Assembly (NCBI GenBank): GCA_951406725.2 | Contig: OX597830.1 | Coordinates: 14,198,001 to 14,262,000 of the forward strand | Length of the DNA: 64,000 nucleotides | From: Octopus vulgaris | Taxonomy: Eukaryota | Direction of reading: 5' to 3' | Part shown: one piece after another, positions 28,303-41,882 of the stretch | How positions within the stretch are numbered: the stretch's first letter is position 1 | Layout of the letters: each line of letters starts with the position of its first letter | Made by a program: the position numbers and the translations under genes | The notes under the pieces: model-generated | The model's input: only the letters and a program-made list of their open reading frames with translations | Database searches by the model: none | Told to the model about the DNA's origin: nothing

Positions 28303-29269
28303 TATACGCACACAAACGCTTACATATTCCTAAAGGTATATATTTATGTATGTTTTCTTTTTTTTAGCTCGTGTGGTCAGCTAGCTGCTCTAGTTAAAAT
28401 AGAGGTTCTTGTTTTCCATCCTAGAGCTAGCATCCATCCATTAAATTTCGAGAAGATCTCGTAGATTTATTCTGTCACAGATTAAACATTTTCTGATCAT
28501 CTACAGCAACTCAATGATGAAGATATGCAGATTTTTTTTCTAGAAATCGAATTTCAGTCATAGTTTGATCTAGGCGAGTTAGTGGGTTTCTGTTTTTCCT
28601 TTCGCTCCAACAATAAGAGTTACAACACTGGATGTAGGCAACTGACTTCCACAGCAAACCATGTTTTTAATTTGTGGTTCCAAACTGCAATATCGATGAT
28701 GGGGTATTTTATTCAGATTGCTGGCTGTTTTTGTTCTATTCACCCAATATTCTTTTGATCCATCGGTCTCAATATGTTCATCTTTATTGGTTATTTTTTC
28801 TTTCTTACTCTATATCGATTAAATATATATTTGAATTTATATTGCAGCATATATGAATAAAGTGCATTAGATAAACTAGCATAAATAATATTATTATACG
28901 ATGGATATATAAGACACAATGGCTAATAAATCCATGTATATTTAATCCGACGAGAAGCAAATTTCATATCTCTTCAACATGATCCGTGGTTAGTGACGAC
29001 GATGCGGTTAACGCTCATTTCTGCCTGGAAGGAGAACTTGGGTAGGATTGGATTTCCAGGTGGGTAGAATTTCGTAGAGGAAGGCTTTCATGAAGCGTTC
29101 CGGACGTTATTTTAACATTTTGAGACTGAGGTATGGTAAGAAGATGCAAAGAAAATAACCGTTAAATTAACAACAGAGAGAGGGAAGTAGGCTTCAATAC
29201 ATTGCTAACGTTTGCATCTGAACATTTGATCCCATTGGCTCTTTGTTGCATGAAGTTTAGAACGCTTAT

Positions 29270-29477
29270 GTGTAACAACGGTGTTGTCTTCTTACACAGC
29301 AGAGCACTATTCTTCATGCGGAATATAATTTCTAGCTAAATAGCTGATTAGCGAGGTTGATGACCGTCTACTTCGTACTCTCTCTATACTGACCGACGTC
29401 ACGTTATATATAACGACGATCACGTACCACTCGTCGCGTAGGAAGGGTGTACCATTATTACTGTTATCCCCACAACA
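29270..29477 (-). mobile_element. Solo LTR related to the Gypsy LTR at 32790-32922
   Basis: atgaccgtcta..gtactctct..atactgaccgacgtcacgttatatata..agggtgtaccattattact..acaaca shared with 32815-32922; left boundary uncertain. Confidence 0.65.
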
Positions 29478-29588
29478 GGCTAAACTAGTAGTAACATGGA
29501 ACAGCCACTTTGATGTGGCGACTGACTTTACTTTTCAATGTAGTTTCTACTCTGATCGCTTCTTGAGATTTTACAACTAGCTATTTTG

Positions 29589-29695
<107 letters not shown>

Positions 29696-30054
29696 TAGCT
29701 TATCAATCAGAATTATTCTGTCAATTAGTGTAGAAAATTTGCGGATATGAATTGAGCTTCTAAAAGCAACGAAGTACAAACCTCACCACACTTGTCAAAG
29801 TGGTAAAAGGAAAAATCACGAAGAATATGTATAATAATGTGTAATGCAAAGAATATATTTTCTAATAGAATAATCAGTACGTACGCCATAGTGAAGTATT
29901 TTTGATCGTATCAAACTGTTGCGTAACCATTGCTGGATTAAGTTCCAACTTGTCGTTTCTCACTTTTGTGATAGTTCTTGGTTTGTCTACCCATGCTGGT
30001 CCCTGTATTTAGGGACTCGTAGTTGGAATGTCTAGTGTGACCAAGAAAAACATT

Positions 30055-30213
30055 CCGTGGCTGTGTGGCAAGAAACTTGATTCCCAACCACATGAATCAG
30101 GGTTCAGTCCTGCTGCACGGCACCTTGGGCAAGTACTTTCTACTTTTTGCCTAAGACCGACCAATGCCTTGTGAGTAGATTTAGTAGACGCAAACTGAAA
30201 GAAGCCCACCGCA

Positions 30214-30257
<44 letters not shown>

Positions 30258-30475
30258 CTTTGTGTCTGTGACCCCCATTTGACCCCCATTATCACTTGAC
30301 AACCGGTGCTGGTATGTTTACGTCCCCGTAACATAGTGGTTCGGCGAAAGAGGCCGATAGAGTAAGTACCAGGCTTTTACAAAATAAGTATTGGGTTCGA
30401 TACATTTGACTAAAACCTGTTCAAGGCGATGCCCCAGCATGGCCGAAGTCTAATGACTGAAACACGTACAATATT
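30055..30475 (+). mobile_element. SINE family B, full length
   Basis: Family B with internal (TG)n. Confidence 0.9.
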
Positions 30476-30632
30476 AAAAAATACAAATGAAGGATACCTC
30501 TGAATTCCGTAGAGTTAAGCGGTCTGGCGAAACAAATTCCTCAATGGTTTTTTCAAATATTTCACAAATAGGATCAGTTGGTCAGTGAACAGTAAAGTGC
30601 TGTCACAAAATTCCTTGATATTTAATACATGA

Positions 30633-31015
30633 CTAGCAGTATCGCCCGGCGTTGCTCAGGTTTGTACGGGAAATAACTATAAAGCATTTTTAGAGTTATA
30701 GCCAAAAAATAGCAAAAAAATGGAAAAAAATGATGGTAAATTTTTTTTTGAGATTTAAAAAAGGTGGAGTTGCGTCCCCTAGACAGTTTGTGGTATGTGT
30801 TTCTGATTCTCGACCCCATGTCGAATTTATCGATTTTTTTCAGAACTGGGGGAACTTTTCAAATTTTTCGCTGCGTTAGTTTTGAATTATGACATTGGGC
30901 TATGTGTGTGTCAAGTTTCATCAGAATCGGTTGAAAGCCGTGGTCAGGGTGAGGGTACAAGCAAACAGACACACAGAAACACGCACAGACAAACTGCCGT
31001 TTATATATAGATAGA
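30633..31015 (-). mobile_element. Non-autonomous Helitron family H1
   Basis: Minus strand A|TC start, subterminal hairpin cctgagcaacgccggg, CTAG|T end, no TSD; near-identical copies at 52923, 53856 and 61665. Confidence 0.85.
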
Positions 31016-31274
31016 TTTATGTACTGGTACATTATGTATGTTTATCGAATCGGTATTTTTTTCGTATATGGTCAATAAAATATTGGAAAACTATTGATAT
31101 TAATTACAATATCTTCTGCCAAAAACAATGTATCAATTCACAAAAATATGAAGAAAGATTGACATGTGACTTATAGGCTTAGTTGTATTTCAGTTTGTGG
31201 GAATTCAAATGAAAATGACTAATTTCATAAACTATCATAATATATACTGATTGCTGTGAAATAACAAATATGGC

Positions 31275-31473
31275 CGTGTCTCAGTTCAACAATACTGTAT
31301 TTTAGACTTTTAGAAACAAATTTAGACTTGCTTAATATTCAGAGCAAATAACATAGTTCAAACGTGTTAAATTATTCCTTTCAAAAGAAATACAATTCTT
31401 TATGATTCTGCCAGGAGACGTGTCTCAGTTCAACAATACTGTATTTTAGACTTTTAGAAACAAATTTAGACTT
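31275..31473. repeat. 55-bp direct duplication enclosing an 86-bp copy of 32132-32217
   Basis: 31275-31329 equals 31419-31473; 31334-31419 equals 32132-32217. Confidence 0.9.
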
Positions 31474-31547
31474 TTGCGAAGAAATTCTGTAAGATTAATA
31501 CATTGACAAAGGACGAAAACAGAATTCGATCATCATTTGGGGTTACA

Positions 31548-31680
31548 GACTGGAGTATGGAAACCAAAATGGGTCTCTACCAGTTCTCTCGGATTAGCGT
31601 ACGGAATCCCAGGCCGGTCTCTATCAATTTCCTCGGATTGGAGTACGGAAGCCAAGGCAAATTCCTTCCAGTTTCCTAGT
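31548..31680. repeat. Degenerate tandem repeat of about 45 bp (3 units)
   Basis: gactggagtatggaaacc / ggattagcgtacggaatcc / ggattggagtacggaagcc. Confidence 0.6.
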
Positions 31681-32789
31681 ATTTTTTGATATTAACCAAT
31701 TAGATACTAACATAATATTACTAGTTAGCAGTAAATTGCTCTTTGTTGGGAAGATTTTTCTCTCTCCCTCCCTCACTCCTTCATCTCTCTCTTTCTCTCC
31801 CTTCCACTGCCCCCTCTCTTTGTTTCACTGTTATAACACATGAGTGACTTTGTCGAGAGACTTTGATTACAAATCTCTATCAAATATGTTAATTACGTAG
31901 TGAATATTGAGGTCAGCATTTGTCTCGATCTACAATGAACGACAATAGCTATGGGGCCACCATTTGCTTTTGTAGTCTCTTTCTCCAGTAAGTTGACATG
32001 TTATCTGCGGACAGTGTTCATCATTTCGGCATAAACAGATTTAGCTTCGGCTGTGAATCAGTTTTAAGCAAGGGTTTTCATAATTGAGACGATCAAACAG
32101 CTCTTCCGAGTCAAAACCAATAAACTGGAGGAATATTCAGAGCAAATAACATAGTTCAAACGTGTTAAATTATTCCTTTCAAAAGAAATACAATTCTTTA
32201 TGATTCTGCCAGGAGACAATTAAGAAGCTGTTCTAAACATTGGTAAATAATTCTATTCAGAGGTAGATTTACCGATCTATTTTTTCATCTTTCGGTGTTT
32301 AAGACTTATCTCATAAGTTCAATATAGATGTCTGCGCATTTGTAGCTATTGAAACGAAAGTAATATCAGCTAAACATCAAATATAATTATAAAATACTGA
32401 TGTCGTATATCATAGCATATTATCATATCACTGGAGAGTGGTAATAACATATATGCTATACTCTATACAGCTTTCGCTAAAACACTTTGTACATCTCTCT
32501 CTCTCCCCTTCTCTGTGTCTGTGTATGTATGTATGTATGTATGTATGTATGTATGTGTGAATGTATATATATATATATATACATATATATGCGTATATAT
32601 ATATATATATATATAGTGTATATATATATATGAGTGTGTGTGTATATAGATGTGTGTGTATGTATATGTGTGCGTGTATACATTTATATATTTATGCATG
32701 CATAAGTATATATATATATATATATATGTATATGTGTATACATGTGTATATGTATGAATGCATATGTATACTTACATATATACTTTTGT

Positions 32790-33930
32790 TAGACAAGTAA
32801 GACACGACTAATCTATGACCGTCTATTTTGTACTCTCTACTATACTAACCGATGTCACGTTATATATATAGCGACTAGTCATCATGTGGGAGGGGTGTAC
32901 TATTATTACTATGCCTACAACATCTCCCCTTTTAAGCTTTTTCTTCTTAGGTAATGTAATTTTATTTCTTTTTATTAACAATACGTTTTTCATCATTCCA
33001 CCTCCTTTTTTGAGTTTAAATTTTTTATACAGCTCCACATTTAATATTTTTATTCATTTGGCATCCATTTCTAGGAACTCCGTACATTTTCTTTTCTTTA
33101 AGCTTGTGTGTTTCAATTCAATCACCTGTAGTGGCGTTGGTGCTTGAAAAATATCATAGAATCATTCTATGGGTTCATGTGTCTTACATACGCCTTTTCT
33201 ACTTTTTACCAAGTATAGCATTTTTCCTATGCGTTTCGTAATCATGACCTTCTTCCTAACTTTGTTTTCCGTTCTTATATGCCTCACAAATTCCTTTTCA
33301 CCAATTTTAAAATATCTTGCTGTATTTTCCATTTCAATTATTCTTTTATTGCGAGGTAGCAGAATTTGTCGAAGACTGATTTTACTTTCCTCGCAAACAT
33401 CAGCTCTGCTGGTGTATTTGGATTTGCTGTCACACGGTATACTCTTAAGTATTGTTGTAGAGCTACCTCATCCATGACTTCCTTATTCGACTTTCTTAGG
33501 GGTCTCTTGAACGTATCGACAGAGCGTTCTGCCTGTCCGTTAGATCCGGTGTGGTACGGCGCCGTAGTTACATGATCCACCCCGAACGTTTTACAAAACT
33601 TTTAAAATTCACGACACAAATTGTATCCATTGTCACACACTATAGTGTCTGGGATGCCAAATCTCGCAAAGAGCTCATGTAAAAGCTTTGTCACAGTTGA
33701 AGACAAATTTCTGGTCATTTAGAGAAACTATCCAGTACAATTATGTAGTTAGAACTGTCTAAAGGACCAGCGAAATTGATGTGTAGTCTCGACCACGGAC
33801 CATCAGCTTTGGCCATGGTTCACTTTTATCATGGGTCAATTTACCGCTTGAGCACATTCTCTACAGCCTTTCACTAAATTTTCGATTTCTCCTCCAAATA
33901 CCAGGCATATTGTTCTTGCTCGCCGTATCT
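32790..33930 (-). mobile_element. Decayed Ty3/Gypsy LTR retrotransposon 3' part (integrase, PPT, 3' LTR)
   Basis: Minus-strand peptides PWSRLHINFAGP, HELFARFGIPDTIVCDNG, APYHTGSNGQAERSVDTFKR, TPAELMFAR; PPT aaaaggggaga followed by TGTTGTAGG LTR start at 32922. Confidence 0.9.
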
Positions 33931-34247
33931 TGGTTATAAGCGGCCAAAGGGGCTAGCGGAAGCTGCCCGTGAGTATATAACATAAAATCAAAACCATACC
34001 CTCATAAAATATGGAGAGTACAATCTGTCAAAGAAAGATTACATTTTGGTTAACGGGGAAGGATGCGCAAGCTCGGGTATGAACACACACCCACACAGGC
34101 GTAGAGACACATACGCTCACACACACACACGTGCGTACGCGTAAATCATAGAATCCTAAAAGAAAAGGAGAACAACCTGTCAAAGATTAAGATTATGAGG
34201 TTGGAGTCTACGCTGTTGGACGGAAACATATATAGATGTACACACAC

Positions 34248-34286
<39 letters not shown>

Positions 34287-34693
34287 TGTGAGTCTCCAGT
34301 ATGTTGTTTGAAGTGGTGATTAGCTATCAGTAAATATCGTGGCAGACTTCCATCTATTATCTGGCAACCCGCTGCGACGTAGATCACAGATGGCCACGCT
34401 CCCTTGGTTGCAGGCACAGGGATACCTACACAAGTATTTAAAAATATACACCTAGCCGCACAATCATATGTGTGTGTGTGTGTTTGTGTGTGTGCGTGTG
34501 TGTGTGTGTGCGTGTGTGTGTGTTGTATTTGTCTATTTATTTAGTTTTAGTGATATGTTGGTGGTACATTCTAATGGAGGGCCCTGTAAACAGGTGTTTA
34601 CATATGCACGTAGACGCATTCGTCTGCGTTTTTCTCTGTGCAGTCAAACACCTAATTGGCTCACGAGGGCTCACTAGTAGTAGTCCGCACATT

Positions 34694-34897
34694 ATATTTC
34701 TTTACTGCCCATAAGGGGCTAAACATAGAGGAGACAAACAAGGACAGACAAAGGGATTAAGTCGATTATATCGACCCCAGTGCGTAACTGGTATTTATTT
34801 AATCGACCCCGAAATGATGAAAGGCAAAGTCGACCTCGGCGGAATTTGAACTCAGAACGTAACGACATTTCGCCCGGCGTGCTAACGTTTCTGCCGC
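34694..34897 (-). mobile_element. SINE family A
   Basis: Family A; TSD ccgcacattata. Confidence 0.9.
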
Positions 34898-35230
34898 ACA
34901 TTATAAAGATCATCTCTGTATCTTTGTATCTATTTCTCTCACGCAAGCACGAATGTGGTAAAAATCTATATTACCGATGTCTGTTCGTACCTTATAGATT
35001 GTATCTGCGTATTTATCCTTCCATATGCACACTCAACAACGAGTGTAAATGTATTTGCCTGCATTAATCGATACATTCTTGTTACAATACTTCAGTGGCA
35101 TACAGACTCAGTCCGATGGTTACATATGTAAACATGCAACAATCGCAATGCATATTGTATAAAACTGGAAGTTGGACGGACTTAATGCCTGGTCGCGTAT
35201 ACAAACAGACAATAATCACAATATATATTA

Positions 35231-35761
35231 CTAGCAGTATCGCCCGGCGTTGCTCGGGTTTGTAAGGGAAATAACTATATAAGCATGTTTAGAGATGTAA
35301 AGTATAATAGCCATCTCAATATGCCTTATAGATGCCAATTCGGGCTTTCTTAGCCATTTCTGTTTTGGTGTCTTCAAGCCATGAAGTCGTTGTTCTAAAA
35401 GAACGCTGGTCTCCTTGACAACGCTTTACGACGTTGATTTCCTTACACTCCCTTCCCCACAGCTTCACGAGGGAGGGAAGAAGGGGGAGAAGCAAACAGG
35501 TGCAGGTGTGACCATGGACGCCAACTCCGCCGCCATCGACACACGAAAAATTATGCATTAAAATGGAATAAAAAATTATGTTAAATTATTTTTTAAATCG
35601 TAGACTCATCGTAGACGCGCGCTAATACTCAGACGGGCTCGATATGAATCATGACTATAAGATACCCGGTTTTGGTTAAACTGCACCGCAAAATGTGGGA
35701 GTAGTTAGGAATCTAAATCGAAGGGGACACACTCACACAACTACAGTTTTATATATATAGA
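35231..35761 (-). mobile_element. Non-autonomous Helitron sharing the H1 3' end but with a different body
   Basis: ctagcagtatcgcccggcgttgctcgggtttgtaagggaaataactatat shared with H1, then unrelated sequence; TC-type 5' end. Confidence 0.8.
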
Positions 35762-35874
35762 TATAAAAATTGAATTGCAAGTCTTGTACATACAATTGTA
35801 CAATTGTCTTGACAGCATTCGACAACAATATCAATGACTTGTATCAGATAGTTATATTGATCGTGGGTTATAGG

Positions 35875-36288
35875 ACGGCGAGCTGGCAGAATCGTTAGCA
35901 CATCGGGCGAAATGCTTAGCGCTATTTCGGCTGCCGTTACGTTGTGAGTTCAAATTACGCCGTGGTCGACTTTGCCTTTCATCCTTTCGGGGTCGATAAA
36001 TAAAGTACCAGTTACGCACTGGGGTCGATGTAATCGACTTAATCCGTTTGTCTGTTCTTGTTTGTCTTCTCTATGCTTAGCCCCCTGTGGGTAGTAAAGA
36101 AATAGTTATTTCGTCTGTCGTTACGTTCTGAGTTCAAATTCCGCCGAGGTCGACTTTGCCTTTCATCCTTTCGGGTGTCGATAAATAAAGTGCCAGTTTC
36201 GCACTGGGATCGATGTAATCGACTTAATCCGTTTGTCTGTCCTTGTTTGTCCCCTCTATGTTTAGCCCCTTGTGGGTAGTAAAGAAAT
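35875..36288 (+). mobile_element. SINE family A, head plus two body units
   Basis: Tandem body; TSD tatattgatcgtgggt. Confidence 0.9.
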
Positions 36289-36883
36289 ATATATTGATCG
36301 TGGGTATGTACACATTATACAGGTAGTCTAAAGTTTACATGATATATTGTAACAGTCCATTCAGGATATTCCGTGGTGTAAGATCCAGGGTTGTTTACTT
36401 TGCATAAGGTTGTTACTGAGTGGTGGTGGGGGTCATTAAATTATCGGACTTATAATTTAAGTCCCCCACCCCGTAAACTCTACATATGAGTGTGAGGCTT
36501 TGTGTGTATATACAAATACTTATGTACGTGTGCGTATATCCACAACCCCCGCTCCACCCAGAGTGTGGTCATCTGTGACTGACGGCCGAATCTACCTCGC
36601 AGCGGGGTGCTGGAAGTCTGCCACGAATTCTACATCCTGATAGGCAATCATCACATCAAACGACATACTGTCGACACACGTGTGTGTGCGTGTCTGTAAG
36701 CCTGTGTTCATCTCCACGTTAACGGGTAGTTGCAGGATTGGTGGAAACGAGTGTCGTACTGAATAAAGACTGACACTAAACCAATCACCCGTTTCCTTCA
36801 ACAATTATTATCTCAACGGTCACTGAGAATTCCTGACATTGTGAATGTCCTTTTCTCACACTAATTGACATATACCCATTAGC

Positions 36884-36934
<51 letters not shown>

Positions 36935-37248
36935 ACACACACACACACACATACATACATACACAGAGGCGCAGGCGTGGCTGTGTGGTAATAAGCTTGT
37001 TTCTTAGCCACATGGCTCTGGGTTGAAGCCCATTGCGTGGCCTCTTGGGCAAGTGTTTTCTACTATACCCTCGGGCCGAGCAAAGTCTTGTGAGTGGATT
37101 TGGTAGACGGAAACTGAATGAAACCCGTCGAACATATATATATATATATATCTGAAGTAAATCAAAAAAGGAACAAGCACAAAAAACAACAACGAGGAGG
37201 TGGTACATGTAATGTAGTAGCAGACGCTCAGGAAAGGAAAAAAAGATG

Positions 37249-37284
37249 GTTTAACGTTTCGAGTAGACGCTCTTCTTCGGAAAC
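37249..37284 (-). ncRNA. Minimal type I hammerhead-like motif within a PLE-type repeat (about 37150-37400)
   Basis: Minus strand: gttt-ccgaaga-a-gagc(gtct)actc-gaaa-cg-tt-aaac; upstream context gcgctcaggaaa/acgctcaggaaa shared with the 7742 copy. Confidence 0.6.
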
Positions 37285-37495
37285 AGAAGCAAATTCAGTA
37301 GAATGGTAGGCGGAAGAGAAAAAGCGCCAGCGATTCACATGTGATTACATTTTGAAATGTCTGGAAGGGAATGGATGAAGAAAAATTTCAAATACAGGAG
37401 AGTGTCAGAGAAGGTGGTATGTGTGTGCATACATGGGTATGTGCGTGCGCGCAAGTCTGTGTGTGTGTAATAGCACGTGTGTGCGCGTATGTGTG

Positions 37496-37547
<52 letters not shown>

Positions 37548-37793
37548 TGTTTGTATGTATGTGTGTGTGTGTGTGTGTGTGTAATAGCACGTGTGTGCGC
37601 GTATGTGTGTGTATGTGTTGTGTATGTGTTGTGTGTGTGTTGCGTGTGTGTATGTGTGGTTTTGGCTCTTTATATGTCTGAGTGAAATTTGTGTCGCTTA
37701 CTGTTGTAGGGAGAATTTAGTAGTAGGTGTGGCTATATTTTGTGTGGTGTCTCTTCACATGTGCGTAGGGGAATGGTCAGTAGAAAGGTGTTA

Positions 37794-38025
37794 AGGCGGC
37801 GAGCTGGCAGAAACGTTAGCACGCTGGGCGAAATGCTTAGAGGTATTTCGTCTGCTGTTACGTTCTGAGTTCAAATTCCGCCGAGGTCGACTTTGCCTTT
37901 CATCCTTTCAGGGTCGATAAATTAAGTACCAGTTACGCACTGGGGTCGATGTAATCGACTTAATCCGTTTGTCTGTCCTTGTTTGTCCCCTCTGTGTTTA
38001 GCCCCTTGTGGGCAATAAAGAAATA
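37794..38025 (+). mobile_element. SINE family A monomer
   Basis: Full length; TSD agaaaggtgtt. Confidence 0.9.
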
Positions 38026-38768
38026 AGAAAGGTGTTTAACTGGTAGTTTGAAGTATGTGTGTGCGTGTATATATATGTTATGTGTGTGTGTGTGTGTTTT
38101 GAGTGTGGTGCGTGCGTGTGTGTGTATATATATGTGTGTGTATGTGCGTATGTGTGTGTGAGTGTAGGTTAGTGTGTGGGGTTGTGTCTGTGGAATATAT
38201 CTGCGTTCCTCTCTGTGTGTGCGTGTGTGTGTGTGCGTGTATATGCGTGTGTGTATATGTCCATGTATGTGTAATTGTGTGCGCCTATGTATGAGCGTGT
38301 GTTGTGGGTGTGGTGGGTATGTGTGAGTTCATATGTGTGTGCGTGTGTGTGGATGTGTGTACGCGTGTATATATGTGTAAGCGTGTGTGTGCATGTGAGT
38401 GTATGGCGTGTGTACAAGTGTGTTGAATATATATATATATGTGTGTATGACTTTGTGTCTGTATTTGTCACTCTCCCAACTATCGCTTGACAACCGATGT
38501 TGGTGTGTTTGCGTCTCCGGAACTTAGAGGTTCAGGCAAAAGGTCTGATGGATTAAGTACTAGGCTTACAAAGAATAAATGCTGGGGTCCATTTCGTTGA
38601 GAAGGGACAGATAAAAGCACGGACTGTTTTAACGAGGTCGCATCTTGTCCTTTCCTTCGAACCACGGAGTAGATAAAAGAGGAGACAACTGATGAAGTTC
38701 TTTATGTTGCATGTCGCGTTTCTCATTCTGTCCACGTTTTTTTTTTTATGTCCTGTACCTATATATGC

Positions 38769-38881
<113 letters not shown>

Positions 38882-39910
38882 TATATATATACACATACAT
38901 ATATATGTAGGTATGTACATATATGTATGCATGTATGCATATATTTATATATTATTTATATTTTTATATGATCGAACGTCACGCATCATTTTCCAAGTGT
39001 ATATATATATATATATATGCATATATATATGTGTGTATATATACACACGCACACACACACACATTCATACACGCATACACACATAAGCACGCGCGCACAA
39101 ACACGCACGCACGCACACACACGCACACACAAGCACACACACACACGCACGCACAGACGCACACACAAGCACACACACACACACGCACGCACAGACGCAC
39201 ACACACACATACATATATGTGCATGTGTTAATGTCTTATAAACGTCGCAGTTTTAATTGCTCGCTAATAATTACATCTAAATTCCCAATTATTTCTGGAT
39301 TTTACCTCGGATTAGGGCGGTCCCAATGTCTAATGGCTTTAAAGGGCAAACTACATACAATCGAACAAATTATCTCCGTTGACTATCAATCGGTTGCGAT
39401 CTTATGCGGGGTCTTATCATATATCAAACCGTGTAATGTGTAACACTAAGTTTCTCCACCCTGAGACTCTGAAATCTAGAATATCATTATCCATTACACG
39501 ATGCAAATATCTATATTTATAAATATACCGAAGACACTATATCTTAACTTTATTATATCATCCTTTCACCACATATATGATAAATATATTTGCTGTCATT
39601 AATGATTATACCAGTGCGCTAGTTCATATATATTTATTTAGAGCTCTAAAATATCATTTAAATTATCTGTCACATCATTCAGTAATGTAGAGGATAAAAC
39701 AGAAATTATTGCTGCAAATATGTCTAAACAGCTTTGGAGAGCTGGAAAATGCTTGTTATCAAAATACACTGCGGTAGTATTTTTGTCATTTTATTGCTCG
39801 TTTATTAGACGTGAATATTTCATTCTCGGAAGTGAATGAAGTTGAGGTATATTACTATACTACAGTTGTATGTAGATATAAGCATACTTGTGTTTGAGCG
39901 CGTGCATGTG

Positions 39911-39963
<53 letters not shown>

Positions 39964-40049
39964 CCGTTTAACAAAAGCAATGAATCTTCTGAACAAGCTG
40001 GGGCATCTTGGTGAGCTGGGGACAAATTGGTTTTCCCAGAAGGAAAGAA

Positions 40050-40496
40050 GGATCTTTTCGGTTTGAACGGCAGTTTTTTTAAAATAATTTCCACGTAACT
40101 AAACACTTTTAAACTTCGTATACTGGTAGAATGTGTTTACAAAACATCTTTTTCTCTTGGCTTCATTGAGAAAATTCTATAGCTTGTAAGATATTTGTTG
40201 TTTTTTTCCTTCAATTTCTGCAATTTCAACCAATCAATGACGTTTATTGAGGTGAAAACATTCTGTGCCGTATGAATATGCCCCTCGTTTAAGAAACAAA
40301 TTGGGTTTATTTACATTTCTGAAGCAAAAAAGATGCCCTTCCCCCACCCCTAATCCAAACTAACCATAATTAACCCTAACTAACCTTAACTCTAAAACAG
40401 ATTGAAATGCAATAGATCGATACTAGGGTCATAATTATGGGTGACAATTTCATATGACACCGCTAGAAAAAACTGCCGTTCAAACCCAAAAGATCC
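40050..40496. mobile_element. MITE with about 30-bp TIRs and 8-bp TSD (Merlin- or hAT-type)
   Basis: TIRs ggatcttttcggtttgaacggcagtttttt / aaaaaactgccgttcaaacccaaaagatcc; TSD ggaaagaa at 40042-40049 and 40497-40504. Confidence 0.9.
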
Positions 40497-40589
40497 GGAA
40501 AGAATATCTTTTAGAAGTAGCTGTACAATGCGGCGAACAACAGTTAGATCGCATACAATATATGTGATGTCCGACGTATCATGTAAACC

Positions 40590-41180
40590 ATGCTCCTCTA
40601 CACTGTTATGGGTTTTGCATGTGTCTTCAGTGACAATGACGTCATGCCGTCCCACACTTTTGAGCAGGGTCGTAGGTTCAATTCAGATAGCTATGTGAAG
40701 CTGTTGAAAACTTTAGTTAATCCTCGGTTGGAAAAGTTCGCTGATGGGAGTTCATGTGTGTGGCAGCAGGATTTGACTCTTTGCCATACCTCCGGAAAGA
40801 GTCAGTGGCGGTTATCGGAGAATTTCTATGACTTCATCTTCCTATTCCGTCATTTATATATTTCTTCACTACCCACAAGGGGCTAAACATAGAGGGAACA
40901 AACAAGGACAGGCAAAGGGATTAAGTCAATTACATCGACCCCTGGTACTTAATTTATCGACCCCAAAAGGATGAAAGGCAAAGTCGACCTCGGCGGAATT
41001 TGAACTAAGAACGTAACGACAGACGAAATACCGCTAAGCATTTTGCCCAGCGCGCTAACGTTTCTGCCAGCTCGCCGTCATTTATAATCACGTGGATTTC
41101 TGTGAGGGGACATGATTGAGAATGACACCAACCGCTTTGCCTGCAGCAACAAGGCCAAGTTAGGGCCCACGATATGTCTA
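40590..41180 (+). mobile_element. Tc1/mariner-superfamily transposase fragment (maT/DD37D-like), interrupted by a SINE A
   Basis: VMGFACVFSDNDVMPSH..YVKLLKTLVNP..VWQQDLTLCHTSGKSQWRLSENFYDF; remnant continues after 41090. Confidence 0.8.
40859..41077 (-). mobile_element. SINE family A
   Basis: Family A; TSD ccgtcatttata. Confidence 0.9.
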
Positions 41181-41466
41181 AACAACTTTAAAGAGCTTGA
41201 AGATACTTGTGTATTACTTAACATTCACTCCACTGAGTGTCCAAATACCCGCTAAACAGACGAACGCACCTGTTAGATGCAGGGTCACCGACCAAACACC
41301 AGCTGTCCCTGAAACATATCTCCAACCGAGTGAACTGAACCAGCATGAAATAATGTGCCTTTTTAAAGGACGCAACACAACAGCCAGACCGGGAACAGAA
41401 ACCACGACTGTCAATAGCGGACCAACCACTCAAACAAATATTCCGCGTGCCAACAATCCATATATC

Positions 41467-41882
41467 TATTTCTTTACTACCCACAAAGGGCTAAACATAG
41501 AGGGGACAAACAAGGACAGACAAACGGATTAAGTCGATTACATCGACCCCAGTGCGAATATGGTACTTTATTTATCGACCCCGAAAGGCTGAAAGGCAGA
41601 GTCGACCTCGGCGGAATTTGAACCCAGAACGTAGCGACAGACGAAATACCTATTTCTTTACTACCCACAAGGGGCTAAACATAGAGGGGACAAACAAAGA
41701 CAGACAAACGGATTGAGTCGATTATATCGACCCCAGTGCGTAACTAGTACATAATTTATCGACCCCGAAAGGATGAAAAGCAAAGTCGACCTCGGCGGAA
41801 TTTGAACCCAGAACGTAGCGGCAGACGAAACACGGCTACGCATTTCGCCCGGCGTGCTAACGATTCTGCCACCTGGCCGCCT
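41467..41882 (-). mobile_element. SINE family A, head plus two body units
   Basis: Junction gaaatacc|tatttctt; TSD caatccata. Confidence 0.9.

Larger units (their letters stand above)
36967..38600 (+). mobile_element. SINE family B split at its internal microsatellite by nested insertions
   Basis: Head half 36967-37135 and tail half about 38455-38600; between them an HHR-bearing repeat, (TG)n tracts and a SINE A. Confidence 0.7.

Noticed and set aside
31548-31680. Short spaced repeats resembling a CRISPR array
   Set aside because: Eukaryotic context; degenerate tandem units without unique spacers or cas genes
38685-38730. ctgatga motif after gacaa
   Set aside because: No downstream GAAA box or stems
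40345-40395. Interstitial telomere
   Set aside because: Only a few degenerate CCCTAA units, internal to a MITE
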